Shown here piece by piece: positions 45,446 to 60,022 of a stretch of 64,000 nucleotides of DNA. The notes beneath the pieces are model-generated. The model did no database searches and was not told the origin of the DNA. It saw nothing but the letters and a program-made list of their open reading frames with translations. Origin of the DNA: the human T2T-CHM13v2.0 reference genome, Homo sapiens; the NCBI RefSeq assembly GCF_009914755.1, contig NC_060926.1. One strand, given 5' to 3'. The position numbers were made by a program, and so were the translations under genes. Positions within the stretch are counted from its first letter, which is position 1. Every line of letters begins with the position of its first letter.

Positions 45446-48400
45446 TACAGGATAAGAATGAGTCCACGAGAGGAGCTCAGTGCAAAGACTAGGAGTGGAG
45501 AAAGGGCTCTGCATGCCAAAGTGACTGGAACAGAGTAAAGAAGAAGGAGAGTGGTCAAGATGAGGTTTAACAGGGAGGTAGGGGCCCGATCAGGCAGGAT
45601 ATTGTAGGTCATGATTTAGGCAATTCATCTGGGAAAAAGCAGGGATTTCTTTGCCCTTTTGTTCTAAAGCACAACTCCCTTTATCTTTCAAAATCTGAGA
45701 CCTGAATCCAGTGAGTGTATAATGAATGACTAAATGACCTGCAAACTTTGTTAGCAAAAAGTTGTTTGTGTTAATGATCTTTGCATTGTGTCTCATTTAC
45801 TTTATCAAAGCAAACTAATGCCTCAAGTCACCTGAGACATCAGTGGCTGAAATACTAACTTCCAACACAGTGTTCAATGTGGGAGCCAATCGCATTTCAT
45901 CTCTGCAAATAGCATACATGCATAATCAGTTTGGAGAGTTGATATGAAATGAGGCATTTTCATCCAGAGTTGGTTTAGTTCATTAAGGTTGGCTTTGATT
46001 TAAATTCCAAGTGATGCTTACCCTCAAAACAGTTAATTCAAGCTCATACTTACTGATAGAAATAAAAAAGAAAAACAACAGTTAAAACAGAATGAAATTA
46101 TGTGATTCCAAATGTTTTATCCCTTCTCTTCAGTAACCTTAGAATTCAACAGGTGTGTGGCATAGCATCATACAAAGAATGAATATTTGCCGGTCCAAGA
46201 ATGGTATGATTCCTGTATTTTTTTTTTCAGATTTAGACAGCACATTCAAAGGTGACTCTGAAATGTTGTAATCTGAAGAACCTGGAAGCACTTGAATCTG
46301 CAAAACCTTTTATATCTAACAATAAGCCTTAACAAATTGCTACACATAATTACAGGGACTTCTCCCTAGGTAGCATTCATTATAAGCTGTAAATTTTTAA
46401 AAAGATTTAACACTTGTTTTTACACCTTGTTAAAATGTTGTGTCCTTCGCAGTCTACTACTAAGACAATCTTACATTATAAATTTGGAAATACTTCAACA
46501 TGAAAAAATTATTTTTATATTTTTATCTTGATAGGTAAGTTGAATGATGTTGAGTTATATACCAATAACGTTCAAGGAACTATTCGCAAGGAACTAATCT
46601 CAATGCTGTTTTCTGGATTTTCCTGCTTTAACAAAAGCCTGCCTTCTTGCTCCATTCCTATTACACAGAACAGCAGTCTTCGTATGAAATTAACAGAAGT
46701 GTGTAAGTTCAGGTCACTACTAAGTAAGCGGAACTATTGGAAATCTAGTTTCTACAAATTGAAAATCTCTGTTTCTTATCCTTATCCTTGCAACGTCAAA
46801 GGTTGTTTCATCTGTTCCCTCCCTCAGTTAATGTATATCTATCCAACTTTTTATTTAAGACACTAAGATGATCACTGTAGAGGGGTAGGGAAAACAAACA
46901 AACAACAACAACAACAAAAATAAGCACATTTGAAAAAACATAAGCGACTCCTAATTAAGAATGTTGCATACATGATTATAACACAATTTAGAATGGGATG
47001 TGCCAAATGCCCCTGAAAGATATATACAAAGCAATATGATAATTTAGATAAAGAAGGAATTCCTGGTGAGATTCAGAGATATAGTTATTGAGGATGGTTC
47101 TCAAAAATGTGTAGAATTTCAATAGAAAGATTTTTGAGTGAGTAGGCATTTGAGAGAAGGAATCTGTTCAACAGAATGATCACTTTATTTTGTTTTTAAA
47201 TTGAAGTCTCAATAAAAGGACAAGAGTGAGAGACAAGCAGGCTGGGATCTGGTTCAAGTAAATCCTGAATGGTAGGCTGAATATAAACCTCATTCCATGG
47301 AGATTAGGAAGCCTGTGAAAATGTTTCAGCACAGGAAACATTTTTCTTTAGATTTTTTTTTTTTTAGTAGAAAAACACTTAGGATTTATTGTAAGAGAAA
47401 TGGACAGAAAACAGACAGACCAATTGCAAAGTAATTGAAAGTCCAGTGGTAAAATTGCAGGGGTTGAGGCCTCCAATCTTTGTGACATTGTGAAATTTTA
47501 TTCTCAAAGCCTAGATCTTTGAGACACGGTAGGGGAAAATGATGATGATGACACAAGTTTCTAATCTGGCCAACGTAAAAAATAGAAAAGTGAGTGAGCT
47601 GCTGGTTTGTGGGGAAGATGATGTGGTTGGGACCAATAAAATCTGGCTATCTATTATCCTCCTTAGATTGTGGAACTGAAAGACAAGCTGTAGTGAGAAA
47701 AGAGGCCAGGAGGAGGCGTAGAGACAGATATTCTGGAGATAAGACAGACAGATGACAAAGATTCATGACATTCAGACTGTTCCTCTCTAGATAAGACCAG
47801 GCCTCTTCTAACAAAATCCCAGGCAAGCCAACTGCAGATTGTAGCTATTGGTTTTCTTCCTCCCCTTATTAGAGAATGAAATCTTAGTTGCATTGTTTCA
47901 TTAAAAAATATATGTATAAACTGTTGGATGTGGGAGACAAGGGTGTTGAAATGCCTGACCTCACTTTTCTTTTAAGAAAAGGGTTTTCTTTTGTAACTAG
48001 TTTTTTTGTGTGTGTGTCTAGAAGGATGTTTTGTGTGTTCATCCACAGAATGGGTAGTGAACCTACTCCAGAAGAGTGAAAGACCCTAACTTTCTAAAAG
48101 AGATTTTTGAGATTATCTTACAGTTTTATCTACCTATGTCAAAAAATTACTTTCGGCCACCTTTCCTTGGTCTAAGACCTAACCATTCTTCCAAGTTGTT
48201 GTAGTCTGTTCTTCATTCTCCTTTAGCAATGGATTTACAGCCACTATTAACGTTTATCTATTGATATGTAAGTCTCTCTACTAGATTCTAGTATCTTTGC
48301 GAACATAGACTGTTACTCATTTTACCAATCTGCAAGTACTTTGCAAAAAGAGGTTGATAAATGATTAGGGAATGAATGCATGTGTAACAACCTGGTTTAC

Positions 48401-51400
48401 TGAGAACATCCTATATGCCAGGGATGTTCTTAGTACTTTGCGCTTGCCACCTCATTAATCTTTGCCATAAACCTATAAGATCGGGACTGTTACGTTGCCT
48501 AAAGCAAGGTGAGGGTTAGTACTGGTTATATAAGTAGCAGAGGTAGAATGTGAACCTAGGAAGCCTGGCACCATAGCCTGTGATCTTAGTGACTATGTAT
48601 ATTGTATATTGCTGGTACTGTAGTTCATGTCCTGATTTGCTTGCCACATATAGGGGAGGAGAAAGGGGCAAAATGAAATTTGGAGCAATGACTTTGAAAT
48701 CATGAGTATATGATTTCATACAAGTCATAAATTAATTTCTCAGTTTCCTCATATAAAAATGGATTAATAGAAGTATTTATTCATGAAATCCTTGTGTCAA
48801 ATAAATGAGACAATGCACATAAAAATGCACATAATAAAAACAAATCTTCATGATAATGCAAAGTATGCCTAAAGTGTTTAACTCACATCTTCTCCTTTGA
48901 GATCACAATACCACATTCCATCTGGGAGTGAGATCTTAGCATCTACCCTTCTGCATTTGATGCTATACAACATTATTTTTCCCAAGAGCAATGATTTCTC
49001 ATCAGTATGACGCTATCCAATAACAGTCGTAAAAATATAGAAAGTAGCATTCATGTCCATTAGTAAGAATGATCGACAGGCCAAAAAATTAAGGGCCTTA
49101 TTATTTTGTAACTAAAAATGAATCTCTCTCAAATGTTAAGTTGGAGGCATTTCTTATTTTCTTATTAGGGGGTGATAATTAAGCTAATAATAGCATACTT
49201 TACTCTGTGTGGTGGCACACTGATGCATTTTTCTTTTTAACCAACCTACCGTGTTATATGTAGTTACAGCACTCGGAGTACATAGTTAAGCAAACACATG
49301 GGTAGCAAAGAAAGGTCATTATTAAGAGATTGTTTTATTTATTTAAAAAAGTATTTTTCTTTGAAATTTTTCTAACAAAATGGTATTCAATCTAGAAATT
49401 ACAGTAAGAAACAAAAGATGCTAACTCTAATGAAGGAGAAGTGACAAAAGAGGTTGGAGAAGAAATACATGCTTTAACGCTCCTATTCTCCAGATAAAAT
49501 AAGGCACCTGATACTAACACATGAGTCCCTGCCAAGAGAAAATAATCATTGTATTGTAGTGGCTCTTTGTGCACAGAATTTAAGGACAGGGCCTACTCTT
49601 ATCCTTGAGGGAAAAAAGTAAGTATCTGATTTAAAATATCCACTAATGTGCTTACAAGAAATAATGCATAACCCATTAGCAAGCCTTTGCATAGCAAATT
49701 AATAATTTGAGATTCGGAATTTACCTGAAGGTCTCAGATTTATACTAGTTTAACTTTTTCTTCACTTCTTTTGAATTATGGACATGGGAACAATTTTTCA
49801 TACTATTTGGTGAGCCTGTTACTTTTAGCAATAGCACTTGCAGTGTATGTCTTGAATTTGAATGTGTATATATGAAAGCTACAACCAAATGGCCTATGAG
49901 ATATTATTAGTTTCTTTACACAAAATCTGCTAGAATATGATATTTTAAAATTTTACAGTATAAAGTAAAAACTTTCAAAATATTAATTGAATCTCAATAG
50001 GAAGCGATGTAGCATATAAGAAGTCCAGTTTACTGCTTTGAATTGTTCTCTTAATAAATCTCACTATGCTAGAATGATGACTCTCATATTTTGCCTGCAT
50101 TAAAATCATTTTAGAAGGTAATTGGTTTAGCTTGTTGTAATACTACCTGATAATATTTCTTTTGCTTTTCAAGCAAAGAATAAGGTATCATTAAATTATT
50201 GGTGCATGGGGAAGTAATGTATTACAAATGTTAGTGAGTACAGAATATAAAATGGACTTAAGAAAAATAAATACGCTTCATTCAGGAGACTTACTGCAGG
50301 TTTCGTTGGATTATTTAAACTCATTCAGATAGGTTTCTATTTGATGGGCAAGAATTGCTTGGTAACCCATTCTCTTTATTTTTCTTATATGAAGTTTACT
50401 AATTGAAAAATATATAGAAAATACATTAAAAGCATTAGAAGGTGTATTTTGGAAAATTCACCTAATCCTACTTTAGAATTAAAATGAGATGTGCTATTGT
50501 TTTGAACATTTAAAAAAATAAGGTATATCAAAGTTTAATTTTTGTTGTTGAACCTGAAATTAGAGAAATAAAATGATTAGGTTTACATAACTTTAATGCA
50601 TTTTTTTAAAATTAGAATGTCCACAACCATAAAATGAAACAATTTTTTCAAATAGACTGTCCTAAGTGATATATCGGTATATAATAAATATAAGATATAA
50701 TGTAATAAATAAAATAAAATAAGTATGTGATAAATATGTAAACGTGTGTGTAACTATACTTTCTACGGATGATTTTTAATAAGTTAAAACATAATACTAT
50801 TTTACTAAATTGAGAATATTTTAATTCAGTAGATATATCAAATTAGCTGAATGTTTTCCTTCCACAGAAATTTTTTTAAAAAATCAATAGCCCATTGTTT
50901 TTTTCTAGACTGAGGCGAACTGAACGAATTAACTAAGTCTGAGGGAGTGGGTAGTTCGTAAAGTCATAGCCCAAGAGTCTAAAGTTTCCCTAGCATCCAG
51001 CTTACTCTTGTGTGTACAATTATATACATCATTTTAACAAATTTAGCAAGTGCTGCTCACTGACTTAGCCTGATATTTCACCACAATACACAACTGTAGG
51101 TTGGAGGGCAGGTGCCTTGTGAACTGTGGACAGAGTCCCGATCAGCTGAGCACACACAGTATGTAAACATGTCAGAATAGATAATGGATACAGTGATAGA
51201 TGCTTCTGTGGTGAGGAAAATCAAAGAAGCTGTCATTTAGCTTGACAAAAGAAAGGGATGGAAAGCAGGACCGACTGCCCTGAGCAAGGAAGACAGGTGG
51301 TCCAGCTGAAGAAGGGAGGGAGCAGTAATGATCTTGGAGGCAGTTAATGGCTGTCTGATCTATGGCATCCTTGTACATAAATATAAGCCATTTACCAGCT

Positions 51401-52994
51401 AAAAATGCTTGAGAAGGCAAAGGAATAGAAGTCACCATTATTTTTCCCCTTATCTTACATCGGTTATTTGGCAATTTGGATAAAATGAATATTTAATTTT
51501 GAGAGATTATGGAAGACTATCCTCTAACTACCAACATCTGCTATAAGAAAATAATTTTATGTACAAGTACTATACTCTGGTTGGTTAGTTGGTTGTCAAG
51601 CTGTAGAATTTATGAGCTGGGTTTAATGAAATTAAGTGGATGTTGTGATTGAAGAAACTAGACATCTTGTTACATGAAGAGTTAAGAGCTAATTTATTTG
51701 TTACAAATCTCACAGTCAATGCCTCAATCAATTGGGGAAAATGTCCAAAAAGCTGAAACATAAACATGTGAAATACATCCATGGTATGGTAAGCTTTAAG
51801 GGAGTTGACCATTTCAGTTGATAAAACAGGAAGGATTATAGAAGCCAAATCAGCTTAAGGCAAAAGTTCAAGTACCAATTAAGATAGAGCCTAATAGAAC
51901 CTATTCGTCAGCTATTAAGTGACTCTGTAGACAGTGAAAGTCTATTTGTTACAGAGATGAGATTTGTTCACAATTTTAACTATACTTAAGTATAATTTTA
52001 AGTATTTTCAGATTTCAGATGAACAGACGTGCTAGAGGTTAAAGGGAGAAGATTACTGTCATTAAAATGCATATTTAATTGAATTGTCCAGGCCTTTGAT
52101 TTTTTCCTTCCACATTCCTTCTGCTTTAAGATTCAATTCTTTTGTCTATAGAAATTATATGTGGGAAATTATCAATGCAATACTTTTTGTTTATTTACCC
52201 TAATGAATGGAAGCAGTGATATCAATGTAAGTAGATAAAAGCAATCTAAAAATACTTGTCTTTAATGTTATATTTAAAAATTTGCATGATTATTTCTGTA
52301 TATATATACTGCATAGCTACAGTAAAAGATGTTTGATTGCATATTATATTTTGTCTCAATCTCTCTATATTTGCTACTAGCCGACCACAAAAAAAATTAA
52401 AAAATAAAATAAAAAAACATGGATTCTGACACTTAAATCTTGAACTGGAACCAAATATGCCAACTTTTAACATACTTCCTTGCCTTATTAGAAAGCTGGT
52501 CTTGGTCAAAGCATTTACTTTACTGAGTCTCAGTTTCTTGTTCACAGAAATGAAGTGAAGAATGTTTCTCTTATTGATCTTGCCATGGAGAACAAATGGA
52601 ATAAGGTATGTTACTCTACTTCGATAAATGCACAGATTAAAACTCAAGGCCACAGACAAATGAGCTTGGTCTCCACCTTAAATAAAATCCTAGAATGGAA
52701 TAGAAAAATGACTAGTGTTTACTAGGAGAGAATAAAACGTATCTAACCTCATTTCTTTGTTTCATGGAATTCTTAATTGTTTGGTCAGGAAAATTAGGAA
52801 GGAATATTATGTCTAAATTTTAAGACCCTTGACAAAATCCATTTTGATCATTTTGCAAACAAGTTTTATAAATATAGAGTGAATTGAAGAAAAAAGAGAT
52901 ATTAACTAAAATCCTCTGTGCCAATTACAGTGCTTGGCGTTAACATGTATTATTTTGTTTAGTGCTTCCAAGCTTGTAATCAACCTCTGAGGGA

Positions 52995-53260
52995 TAGTGT
53001 AACAGGGGTGGGTGAAGTACATGCTCTAGAACTAGAGTACCTGCTTTAAATCTCAGGTCCCTTGCTTTCAAGCTGTGTGACCTCAAACAAGTTATTTAAC
53101 TGCAATGCACCTCAGTTTTCTCACAAGAGGCACATTGTGGTTATAAACAAAATAGTTCACAGCTTAATAGAGTTATCATGAGGATTAAATAAGTAAATAC
53201 CTATAAAGGTTTTGGAATACTGCCTGACACATAGTTAGCAGTTAATAAATAATATTTGCT
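52995..53260 (+). mobile_element. MIR SINE
   Basis: agctgtgtgacctcaaacaagttatttaac..cctcagttttctca..gaggattaaataagtaaatac..tgcctgacacatagt. Confidence 0.75.
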
Positions 53261-56200
53261 AACAGCTTTTAAGCAATTATTAAATGTTAACTCAGAACAC
53301 TGCAGTTCATTAAGTGATTTGTCCAGCCTCTCATACAAATTAAGAAATGGAGTAATGATTCAGGTCTGTCTGAATCAGACCCATCTCCCTTTATGGCTCC
53401 AACACTTTATTCTTTAAACATCTCCATACCAGGCTGTATGGACTACTGGACTCTGCCAAAAGTATGGGGTGACAGATTGGGATAATATCACAGCGTTGCA
53501 AACAGCTAAGAATGCAACATTAGATATTCCTGTACTTAAAATTACGATTCAGGCTCATCACCAGTGGAAACTTCTCTCTAGTCATGTTTTTATGCAGTCT
53601 TGGCTGTCTGCCATATTCTCCAATTAATATCTCTCACTCCTTCTATCTGTCACTTTCTCTCTCTCTCTCTCTTCTCTAAACTCACTGTTCCTCCTCTCTT
53701 CTATGATTTCCATCCCCTTTACATGCCTGATAACTTCTTATGCCGCATGGTTTTGCTTCCATTTTGCTTAGTTTTTGTTTTTTTCTAGGCTATATCTTCA
53801 AGACCTCACCTGCCACTTTCAGATTGCATATTAAAATTTTCTATTATGCAAACACTCACACACAAGTTTCTTACATAGGAGAAACTTGAGTTTCAAGAGG
53901 TAAGATAATATCTTCCGAGCTATTCATTTGACCAATTTGCCTCCCTGCTTTAAAAACCTGGCATATTTTCCCATTACCTCTAGGATAAACTCCTTCATTT
54001 GGCATTAAAGACCCCTTTTAATCTGTTCCTTAGCTAGTTTTCTAGTGTAACCTTCATTATAATAAAGAAAAGTGGAAAATAAAGATTATGGAAATTTTTT
54101 TAAACACTTGTAACTTCCACCACATAATGATAAGATGCATTACACAGTTGATGTCCATCTTTATGTCCTATCTGTGTAACTACATAAATTTTACATTATA
54201 AAAATTGAAAGCCACTTCATATTCTTTCTTAAAACCTGTTTTTAAGAAATAAACAATAAATTGTTCTCTAATATTAATAAATATTAATATATAATACCAT
54301 TCTTAATGGTTGAAGAGAATGTTAATATAGGGCACTAATTTTATCAGTTCTGTGATCTCTAAATAGTTATACTTTTCCCAACTTTTTGACACTATAACCA
54401 TCACTGTTATAAGCTTCCTTGTAGCCAAATCATTGCATATATCCTTATAAATATTAGTATAAATTTATAAATGTAGAATTGGCAGCTTAGTATATACGTG
54501 TAAAAATCGTGTTTCACTCAAACCCCGGGTAGGGCTATATGTTATAAAATTGTAAATATGTGTCAACGCTTTGGTGAAAATTATATCTTACAGCTGTACC
54601 CAATGTTGCATAACTCTTTCTTAGCACGTTAGGATATGTATTCCTATATATCCAAATATCTCATTTTCAGTACGTGAAAAATGTTGTTCTTATATATCAA
54701 ACACTTAAGATATTCAATAATCGTATTTTGAGAGAACATCAGAAAGTAAAAGCTAATTTTGTTAAGAAGTCTATGACAGTCTCAGAAGCAATGAAAATTC
54801 TTATGTATCCATTTATGTGTGACTATTAAGTTAAAATAAAAGAATTTGTTTAATACTAAACTTTGTTTACATGATGAAATTAAATTTAGAAAGAATAAAT
54901 AAATACTAAGAAACACATGTAATTCTCATCAGTAATCATAATCAAATGGGCTCATATTATTGCCATTAATTATAAATTAAGAGTTGGTGATGGTCTCATA
55001 AACATTGATGCTTGCACGTTCATTGTCTGGAGCTGTAACTTGGAAATGATATTCTGTTGATCCTTATAAAGCCAGGGTTTTATAAGACAAAAGCATATCA
55101 TATGGCTAGATAGAAGATAGCACGTTGGGCCCTGCACATGATTCTTGTTCCGACCTCTGTAGGATGTGTGAAGTCCTGGGACTGATCGATGGGAGTGGGT
55201 GATCCACAGTCCACTGTGGCCTGTTTCCTATCAGGGTGGAAGCTCTGGAAGGGCATATCTGCGAGAGCTGGTATGTTGGGTGTTGTGATTGTGACAGGCA
55301 TGTTAGGATGTTCAGAACAGTTAGGCAAGGTCTGTCAGTGTGTCTGGACCAGTCCTCCTTCGGAGCCACCGATGTCCAGAGGAGCCTGCGTGTCCCTGTG
55401 GTTGGTATTCCATGTTCAGGAGTCCCAGAACAAGCTCTAAGTACCTTCAGAGTGCTCAGGATGTCTAGGCCATCAAGCTAGAATTCTCCAGGAAGTCAGA
55501 ATGTTGCCCATGTCTTTGTTACTCCCAAACCCCTGCAGAGGTCTATATGAAGATAGACTTCTCCAGTTGGGAATATAAAGCGTATGCAAAGAAGGATGCT
55601 AGAAGCAGGATTTTTATTCCCTTTCTTGTTCCTAGCATGTGCTTCTGGAGGAGACAGGGAGTGAGGATCCATCCAGAGCCCAGCCTAGGCTAAATAAGAC
55701 TCCTGAAAATGCTATAGAAAAAGTTCTCTAAATATTTTAGTTATACTGCTAATACAGCACTAACACATTGTACTTTGATAGACTTTAGCCACTTTAATAT
55801 GGTTTAAAAAGAACTTTCATTATATGGTTCCAGAATGGGTTTTCCGGAAATAGACTCTGAAATCAGAATTTTAATCTGAAATAAGAATAAGAAATAGACT
55901 TGGAAATACGTTTATTTGGTCAATAAAGGAAGCTCTGATAGAGAAGAGTGCAAATGAGATATAAGAAGTCAGTATCTTATTAAGGTAGTTACCACTGAAG
56001 GTAACTGAAGATTACCTGAAGCAACTGAAGTCTTCGGTTGAAGACTGCTGTTGGGGTAAGCGGGCAGCACTTCTGGCCAGGTTCAGAGGCAGGTAAAGTG
56101 GCTTCAGTGCTATTTGCCTGTTAAAGTCCTCAGGCTAAAAAAGAGAAATGGTGATGTGTGGAATTTGGACCTGCATATATTAAGGAGATACAGGCAAGAC

Positions 56201-56444
56201 TCTCACAATGTCTGCCACAGATCCCTTTCTACTTACCTAGCCTCACTTCGTTCTTATGTCACATGCTCTAGGAATTCTTACTAGCTTGCTGTTTCTTTCA
56301 CTATACAGGATATTTATTGGATATACACTGTGTTCTAGGTACTTCATCAGGTACTCAAAATGCGAGAGCAAAGATAGAAAGGGTCCCTGCTTTCATGGAC
56401 ACAATGTTCTTTCTTCTTTCTGAAATATTATTTTCATTGCCCAC

Positions 56445-56807
56445 TGTCTTAGTCTGTTCAGGCTGCTATAACAAAATATCATAAGCTGGGTGGCTTATAA
56501 ACAACAGACATTTATTTCTCATGGTTCTGGAGCCTGGGAAGTTCAAAATCAAGGCGTCTGCATATTTGGGGTCTGGTGAGGGCCCACCTCCCAGACAGCT
56601 GTCTTGTCAGTGTAACATTACATGGCAGAAAAGGCAAGGCAGTTCTCTGGGGCCCATTATATAAGGGCACTAATTTCATTCATGATGTCTGTGCTCTTAT
56701 GACCTAATCACCTCCCGAAGGCCTCACCTCCTAATACCAACATGTTGGTAATTAGGTTTCAACCTATGAATTCTTCTGGGATGGGGAGTTACATTCAGAC
56801 CATAGCA
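56445..56807 (-). mobile_element. MST/MLT1A-type MaLR solo LTR
   Basis: tgtcttagtctgttcaggctgctataacaaaatatcataagctgggtggctt ... acattcagaccatagca. TSD cccac / tccac. Confidence 0.88.
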
Positions 56808-59329
56808 TCCACCTAATACACTTGTTCACAAATGAAACTTTGTTTTTTTCCTCACAAAAATGAGAGCCTGACGAAGGTAGAAACCATCCTGCCTCATTCA
56901 CTGCTAGAGTCTCAGCCCCTGGCAAAGAGTTTGGCATACAGCATGTGTCCAACACATTTCAGTTGACTGTGTGATACTATAGGTGATTATAAATGTGAAA
57001 GTTGGCTTGGTTAGAGGAGGATATCCTTGAGGGCACTCGTGCCTTATTCAGCTTTGTGTCTCTGGAACTTAATATATCTCTGACACATTATAGATATTCA
57101 ATATTTTTAATAGAGTTAAATTCAGTTTAATCAAATTGAATTATTGTTTAAAATACATTGACCCAGATATACTGATAACTTGAAATCATGTTTCATAAAT
57201 TATCGTTGAAGGAATTGGAAATATTACATTTGAAAAAGACAAACCTCGGAGAGGACATAGCACTTGTCTTCAAATGTCATTGGTACTGATAAAGAAAAGA
57301 CACTGGACTTGTTGAGTCTGTCCCAGAAGAAAACAGATTTTAGCACTAAATTAGAGCTATCAAATTTAATATGCTACTGTCAGGGGCCATTAGTTGCACA
57401 TCATTGGAAGTGCCCAAGCAAAGACTGGAATGTGGTAGAGAAAATTTAGCAGTAATACATGCAGTTGATATAAGTACCTGAGATTCTATGATTCTTCTAG
57501 ATAATTACAAAGCAATGTATTTCTTCATCTTTGTCAAACATAATTTTACAAAGAGTGTTCTAGGAGAAAATTATCTCTACCTTTTCCCCAATGAGGTTGT
57601 GTGTTCAGCTAATTGTTGAATTGCTTTATACCTCACAAGTGGTTTTCACATAATCCTTGCAGAGATTCCTTGCATAGGCAGACAAAGTATTATCCCCATT
57701 TAACATGAAAGATGACAGATGCTTATAGAAATTAACTCATTTGTTAAAAGTCACACATATAGTAATTGATGGAAATAGAAGTTGAACCTAGGTTTTTCTG
57801 CTTTCTCATCCTAAGCTGTCTACCTACCATACCATGCCACTTCTATTATTACTGAAATTCAGATAGGAAAAACACAACCATCTTTTTAAATAATAATGCA
57901 GCGCCTCCCTTGCAGAAGAACTCTGACAAGCCCTCTGTAATTTGTAGTTGAGAATTGAGTTTAAGTTGTATGATCAACAGCACACAAATAAGTAGAAACA
58001 AGATCAGGTTTAGAACACAGGGCTCTAGTAACTCAGGTTGCCCCGCATCATCTTACTGCTTTTTCTGGGAGGAATTATGATGATGCTTTTATGTTTCTGA
58101 ACAGGAAATGTTTATAAATCTTAATGTACCATTTGCAAGTGATGTTACCTTATGAATATTAAAAGATTAGGAAATGACATTGGCTTTTGTTGAAAACCTT
58201 AAGTGACCCTATAAGCAGACACAACAAATGATTGCTTTTATTTTGGTGCCCTCTAAATATTATTAAAACTCTTTATAGTTGGCAATAAATAATGACAAAC
58301 GAATGCTTGATTTATAGCAATTATAGTACAGATGAGTTGGATTCATGTGCTGCACTGTAATGAAGATAATAGCTCAAAACACATGAGAAACAGTCACTCA
58401 GTGAAATATGAGCTGATTTGCATGATCCATGTCCCTTGAGTAACCTGTAATTGGCTATTATGAAATGGACTAAGAATGATTTGGACTAAGGAGAGGACTG
58501 GATTACTATATATTTTACATGGATATTTTTTATTTCCAACATCAGAATATTTTGTGGCATGTAGAATCTGTGCCCCCATATCTAACATGTGGAGGTATTC
58601 GACAGCTAAAGGCCATTCTTCTCTAACACCTTTGAAAATTTTTTTCATTGAAAATAGCATCACATCAATTTTATTCACAGGAAACATCACACAAAATTGT
58701 CCTTTTTTAGCTTCAAAATGTCTTACATTATTTCTTAGTAACCCTTTTAAGAGTAGATTTTGAGGATATGGCTGAAATAGCATTGTGGAATTCCCAAAGG
58801 GATTCCAAGTATATGTGTGACTTAATTTCTTCAGCAAGGAAAATTTAGGTAACTCTTATTTTTAATATTTGAGATCTTAGGACACTTCTAGTGAAAACTG
58901 GCTTCATTAGTGTTTTAAATATTTGCCTGAATCTTCCCTGGACACTCCTCCCAGTAGAAAACCACACCAAAAAACAATACACATAAACATTGGTTATTTT
59001 TCTTTCTTGGTGAAATTAACTGCCATTTTTGAAAAGCAATGAAGGGAATTGTACCAAACAGTATTTAACGCTTAGACCTTCTGTCACGCTTCTGAAATCC
59101 CATTCTCATTTTCACACAAATAACCCAAGGGATACAGTTAGTCCCACTGTAAGTGGGATCATCAATGTTTATCCTAAGCTATGGCTACAGCAGCCATAAT
59201 GGGAAAACATATACCATAATTAAGAGCTATAGCCAACTAATTAGGTCAAATTATATCTAATTATAAATCCAGTAATCTATGTCCAAACTAGTTGCTGGTA
59301 GCTAAAGGAAAATAATATAATTTTCATTA

Positions 59330-60022
59330 ATCTCCATTATGGTTTATCCAACATCTTCTGATCTCCTGACGATACACTGATCCTCATTACTGTTTTCTTT
59401 CATATGGACCACTGCAATACCTTATTTCTCTGCATCAATTTTTGCTTCCTTCCAATTCATTCCCCATACTGCAGCCGGAATTATTTTTGTAAACTCAACC
59501 TTATCATGTAACTTTCTTGTTTAAAACCTTCCAAAGGCCAACAGAATAAAGAGTACATTTCTTGACAGGTGTCCAGGATCTTTTATGATCTGACTCCTGC
59601 CTAGGTCTCCTACTTGATCTGACAGTGGAATCTCCCTCACTGTCTTGGGTGAAACCTTTGTTCAGATTCTTACTCGTGGCATTCTTCCTTTTGCATTGCG
59701 GATTCTCTGCATTTGCTTCTGTCTGGTTGGGAGTACTTTCTACCACCTCCTCTGCTTTACTTTCAAGTGATTTGCTTCTACTTATTTTTTAGATCTCAGC
59801 TCAAATCACCTCATTAAGAAAACTATCTGTTACCACCAGTACTTTTCAATTGTGGTATTTCTTTTTAATTTCTTTTAATTGTAAAATTATGTGGCTAAGG
59901 TCTATCTCTTATTAGACTATACATGCCATGAAGATAAGGATGACATCTGTTTTGCTCACAGCATATCCAGACTATTCTTGTACAGTTCTGGCACCAGTAT
60001 ATGCAATAAATATTTGTTGATC
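59330..60022. mobile_element. L2 LINE fragment
   Basis: ttccccatactgcagcc; cttgtttaaaaccttccaaagg; agatctcagctcaaatcacctc; terminal caataaatatttgttga. Confidence 0.7.

Noticed and set aside
52246-52659. 137-aa ORF on -
   Set aside because: Non-ATG start, AT-rich low-complexity composition, and overlap with a MIR-like fragment.
58394-58837. 147-aa ORF on -, the longest non-L1 ORF
   Set aside because: It starts at TTG, has no recognisable domain and no supporting exon structure; consistent with a chance ORF.
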